Made by a program: the position numbers and the translations under genes. Below are positions 45,664 to 49,053 of a stretch of 49,053 nucleotides of DNA, one piece after another. Every line of letters starts with the position of its first letter. Position 1 is the stretch's first letter. Source of the DNA: Candidatus Nanoarchaeia archaeon (GTDB lineage Archaea; Nanobdellota; Nanobdellia; Pacearchaeales; GW2011-AR1); assembly GCA_041501125.1 (NCBI GenBank), contig JBGQNO010000004.1, positions 1 to 49,053 of the forward strand, written 5' to 3'. Below the pieces are notes generated by a model. That model had not been told where the DNA came from and did not search any database. It worked only from the letters and a program-made list of their open reading frames with translations.

Positions 45664-45936
45664 ATGGTAAAAAAGAGAGGGAAACTTGAAGTAATCTATG
45701 ACATTCTCAATCTAATCAAAAAGAACCAGAACTCTATAAGATTTACCCCATTATTGAGGCATGCAAATCTTTCCACAAAAAGGTTCAGGGAATATCTATC
45801 CGAGTTACTAGAAAAAGGGTTTGTAAGAGAAGTCAATACCGAGAAAGGGAAAGTTATTACTCTGACTGATAGGGGCTTCAATTATATCGAGAGATACAGG
45901 GCAATAACCTCATTCATAGAAGACTTTAGCTTATAA
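45664..45936 (+). CDS. Winged helix-turn-helix protein
   Basis: KRGKLEVIYDIL...RHANLSTKRFREYLSELLEKGFV...ITLTDRG. Confidence 0.88.
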   Translation: MVKKRGKLEVIYDILNLIKKNQNSIRFTPLLRHANLSTKRFREYLSELLEKGFVREVNTEKGKVITLTDRGFNYIERYRAITSFIEDFSL

Positions 45937-45938
45937 TA

Positions 45939-46943
45939 TTAAAAATTTAAACTTTTGAGCTTTTTTCTTAGGTTCAGAAAATCAAATTTGTTTATCAAAG
46001 TATCCTTCAATCCATAAGTTTTTGGCTTTGCCACGTATTCCATGAATCCCACGGCTTTCTTGCCATTAGCCTCTGCTTGGACAGGTCCTTCCCAGTAGTT
46101 TATGACACCAAAGTTCATTTCGCAATCTTTGATGAAAGGTTTTGTCCTAATCTTGAACTCGCCAACTTGAATTTCCCACTCAAGGTTATACGTGATTCCA
46201 GTTCTTTCACTTGTCCAGCCTTTGTCAAGAGATTTGAACTTTGGAGTAAAATCCTTCTGCTTTCCATCGGGATAGCTGACAGTTGCAAATCTTTTTCCTT
46301 TGTAGTCAAAGCACACAATTTCTATCTTGCCAGGAAGTTGAATTGAAAACCATAGCCAGAAATCCCTTGTAAATCCAAAATCACTCCACTGCCTGTCATG
46401 CCAAGCTTTTCCTTTTACTTTTTCTGCTCCAACATAGCCTTTGGCATCCATGTCAGTGTATGAATAGTAGTATGTCGATTTGTTGCCCAAGTCAATATAC
46501 CCTGTTTTATTTTCCAAAATTGGCTTCTTCCTGGGTTTAAGGAAAAGGTCAAAGAATTTTGTTCGCACCCTGAAGTTCTTTCCTATCTCTGCTGTCTCAT
46601 AATCAACAAACTCTTTTCTTAAGGGATAAAAGTAATCTATCATCAGTCTTTTTGTTTTTGCACTCTCATCATCCACGAGCACGAACGGCAGAATTTCTTT
46701 CTCGACTTTTCCAGTTATCAAGTCAAATAAAATGCTGTGCGAGAAAAATACAGTCTTTCCAGGAAACTTCAGAAAGCTTGTATTTGCCTTATCTTTGTTG
46801 ACTCTGAACAAACAAGTCATGAAAGCATACTTCTTCTTTCCTTGAAGAAATCCGTTGTAATACCACCATTCAACTGCCGCGCCATTATGCACAAGCTCGT
46901 CCTTTGGAAGACTGATGCCTTTAGCCTCTTTTCTCATAAACAT
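45939..46943 (-). CDS. AttH/CrtC-like lipocalin-type double-barrel protein
   Basis: EWWYYNG, TYYYSYT, AWHDRQW, WLWFSIQL, YWEGPV, GFMEY motifs; no signal peptide. Confidence 0.8.
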   Translation of the reverse strand: MFMRKEAKGISLPKDELVHNGAAVEWWYYNGFLQGKKKYAFMTCLFRVNKDKANTSFLKFPGKTVFFSHSILFDLITGKVEKEILPFVLVDDESAKTKRLMIDYFYPLRKEFVDYETAEIGKNFRVRTKFFDLFLKPRKKPILENKTGYIDLGNKSTYYYSYTDMDAKGYVGAEKVKGKAWHDRQWSDFGFTRDFWLWFSIQLPGKIEIVCFDYKGKRFATVSYPDGKQKDFTPKFKSLDKGWTSERTGITYNLEWEIQVGEFKIRTKPFIKDCEMNFGVINYWEGPVQAEANGKKAVGFMEYVAKPKTYGLKDTLINKFDFLNLRKKLKSLNF

Positions 46944-47011
46944 AAAAGTGAATGGTGATATAAAAACCTTATTCACTAAATCTTTATAAATTGCTTAAGC
47001 ATCTTGTGAGC

Positions 47012-47959
47012 ATGAGGTGGTATAATCCTTTCAGTCATGAGGATAAAAAGCATGCGCTTTCTACAGAAGCTGTAAGTTTCTCGTACAATGAACAGCAGGT
47101 TCTTCATGATGTTACATTAAATATCAAGGCAGGCACTATAACTGCAATAATCGGAAAATCCGGCTCTGGAAAATCAACATTCCTTAAGCTTGTTGCAGGC
47201 ATCATCGCAAGCAAATATGGCGGCAAGATACAAATTTTTGGCAATCCAAAAATGCTGGAGAAGCACGAGCTTGGCTTCGTGCCGCAGGATATCGCACTGA
47301 TTCCAGACCTGTCAGTAATTGACAATATCAAAATCGCAGGTTTGATTCTGGGACTGTCGGAAAAGCAAGCCATAGAAAAAGCCATGGAATTAATGAAGAT
47401 GCTGAAGATTGAAGAAAACATTAACAAGAAGCCAACAGAACTTTCCGGAGGCCAGAAGGTCAGGCTTAATATTATCCTGTCCTTGTTGCATGAGCCAAGG
47501 ATTGTCATTCTTGATGAGCCTTTTGTTGGCTTGGACTTCCTGAATAGAAGAATTGTGTGGCATTTTCTTGAATCTTTGAGAAAGAAAGGTCTTGCCGTTG
47601 TTTTGACATCGCATCTGCTCACAGAAACACAGGAGCATGCAGACCGTCTGATAATTTTGAAAGAGGGAAGAACATTTTTCTCAGGAAAATTCGAGTCTCT
47701 GAAGGAGAAACTTGAAATCAAATATGTCATGGAAGTGCGCTTTACTTATCTTTCGATGGAAAATTTTGTCAAAGTCAAGAAATACTGCGATTACAAGGAT
47801 ATTAAAATAATTGACAGATGGGAGCGCTACCTGATGTTTGCAATAAAGAATGAAAACATTCGGGATACACTGACAAAATTATTTGACAAGCTCAAGCTTC
47901 AGTACACTATAGTAGGCTTCAGGGAGCCAAATCTCGACGAAATTTTCATGAAAGCATAA
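47012..47959 (+). CDS. ABC-2 type transporter ATP-binding protein
   Basis: GKSGSGKST, LSGGQKVR, ILDEP, LTSH, EPNLDEIF. Confidence 0.93.
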   Translation: MRWYNPFSHEDKKHALSTEAVSFSYNEQQVLHDVTLNIKAGTITAIIGKSGSGKSTFLKLVAGIIASKYGGKIQIFGNPKMLEKHELGFVPQDIALIPDLSVIDNIKIAGLILGLSEKQAIEKAMELMKMLKIEENINKKPTELSGGQKVRLNIILSLLHEPRIVILDEPFVGLDFLNRRIVWHFLESLRKKGLAVVLTSHLLTETQEHADRLIILKEGRTFFSGKFESLKEKLEIKYVMEVRFTYLSMENFVKVKKYCDYKDIKIIDRWERYLMFAIKNENIRDTLTKLFDKLKLQYTIVGFREPNLDEIFMKA

Positions 47960-47965
47960 AACAAA

Positions 47966-49053
47966 ATGACAAACCCAATTGCATCAACCAGCAGGAAATT
48001 CTATGGATTTCTGAAGAAAGATATTCTGCTTATGACAAGAAGAAAGAAATACCTTTACCTGATGATATTGATTCCTTTGCTGATTGGACTGATTTTTCTG
48101 TTCTTCCTGAATCCTTCACCAAGAGACGTTAAAATTGGTGTATGTGATTATGATGGAACTGAGAATTCGCATGCATCAGTTTCTAATCTGCCGGGCTTTG
48201 TTACAACATTCCTGCCGATTGAGAACTGCACCCAGAATTTAATCTCCCAAATCAAATCCAAAAAACTTTCTCTCGGAATAGAGATTCCAAAAGGATTCTC
48301 GCAGAATCTTACAAACCTTAAGCAGGCAAAGCTTATTGTCTATTATGATAATATGGATATTGCATTTGCAAATCTCGTGGACTGGAAAGTCGATTCAGCG
48401 CTCCAGCCTTATGAAAGAAATGTTATCAACAACCTTAACTCTGAGATAAAAAGCCGGGTTTCTGCAATCCGTTCAGGCGTTGACATTGTTCTTGCTGCAG
48501 CGCAAGGCTCGCAGACAGCTGCTCAAATTCAGCAGGTCGATTCTAACTTAAAAACTATTGAGGAGATAGACACAGAATTTATCCTTAATCCGATATATAC
48601 TGAGAAGCAGCCTGTCTATGCACAGGCAGAAACAAAAGACATTGGAATTGCATTTGTATTTCCAATAGTTGCAATATTCGTTGTTCTTATGCTCTCGTCA
48701 TCCTCATTGATATATGACAGGAAATCAAACTTTTTAGTCAGGGTAAAGTCATCAACTTCTCCAATAGTCTACCTGCTTGCAAAGCTTGTATTCTTTTTCC
48801 TTATCACAGCAATAAACTTCATTATCATATTGCTACTCTTCATTATGTATGGAGCAAATTACGCGCTTTCATTTCCGCATATAATAAATCTTCTCGCATT
48901 CATCTCTGTGACTAACACATTGCTTGGAATGATTATTGGACTTATCTCAGACAACGAAGGCATAGCAATATTGTTTTCCTTTGTAGTATCATTTCCATTC
49001 ATGCTCTTGTCAGGAATTTTCTACCCAACCCAGACAATGCCTGTCCTTGTGCA
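47966..49053 (+). CDS. ABC-2 type permease (runs off the right edge; absent from the ORF track)
   Basis: Open frame MTNPIASTSRKFYGFLKKDILLM...FPFMLLSGIFYP, a typical ABC-2 permease motif. Confidence 0.88.
   Translation, partial: MTNPIASTSRKFYGFLKKDILLMTRRKKYLYLMILIPLLIGLIFLFFLNPSPRDVKIGVCDYDGTENSHASVSNLPGFVTTFLPIENCTQNLISQIKSKKLSLGIEIPKGFSQNLTNLKQAKLIVYYDNMDIAFANLVDWKVDSALQPYERNVINNLNSEIKSRVSAIRSGVDIVLAAAQGSQTAAQIQQVDSNLKTIEEIDTEFILNPIYTEKQPVYAQAETKDIGIAFVFPIVAIFVVLMLSSSSLIYDRKSNFLVRVKSSTSPIVYLLAKLVFFFLITAINFIIILLLFIMYGANYALSFPHIINLLAFISVTNTLLGMIIGLISDNEGIAILFSFVVSFPFMLLSGIFYPTQTMPVLV

Noticed and set aside
617-47730. Numerous 60-208 aa antisense or alternate-frame ORFs in the track (e.g. 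9365-9907, 35091-35639, 47104-47730)
   Set aside because: They are shadows of well-supported genes on the other strand or frame, with no motifs or independent promoters.

Overview
A 49 kb window from a DPANN archaeon. A Pacearchaeota/Woesearchaeota-like lineage is inferred from the gene set: archaeal CCA enzyme, oapABC, archease, Dph5, archaeal DTD, SRP RNA with an Alu domain, BHB-type tRNA introns and TTTATAAA TATA boxes. The backbone is translation and tRNA housekeeping (cca, rtcB, archease, pdaD, argS, an MtaB-like methylthiotransferase, ileS, dph5, dtdA, two tRNAs, SRP RNA). It is interleaved with large secreted or surface proteins (PKD protein, C25 gingipain-like protease, double NosD/CASH protein, 1905-aa subtilase), a RelE-type toxin-antitoxin pair, a type IV pilus cluster with seven pilin-like genes, and ABC transporters. 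Five unexplained signals stand out. (1) A family of short intergenic elements of 87-246 bp with conserved TAGAATTAAT-type ends, a fixed-position covarying hairpin and structured interiors. (2) A free-standing intein-type LAGLIDADG endonuclease overlapping the start of an intein-less rtcB. (3) A tRNA-Leu(TAA) with two introns. (4) A self-contained mini transcription unit for a 13-aa peptide that the ORF track missed. (5) An SRP RNA without the helix-8 GNRA loop. All family assignments come from motif recognition by eye; no database search or folding computation was run.
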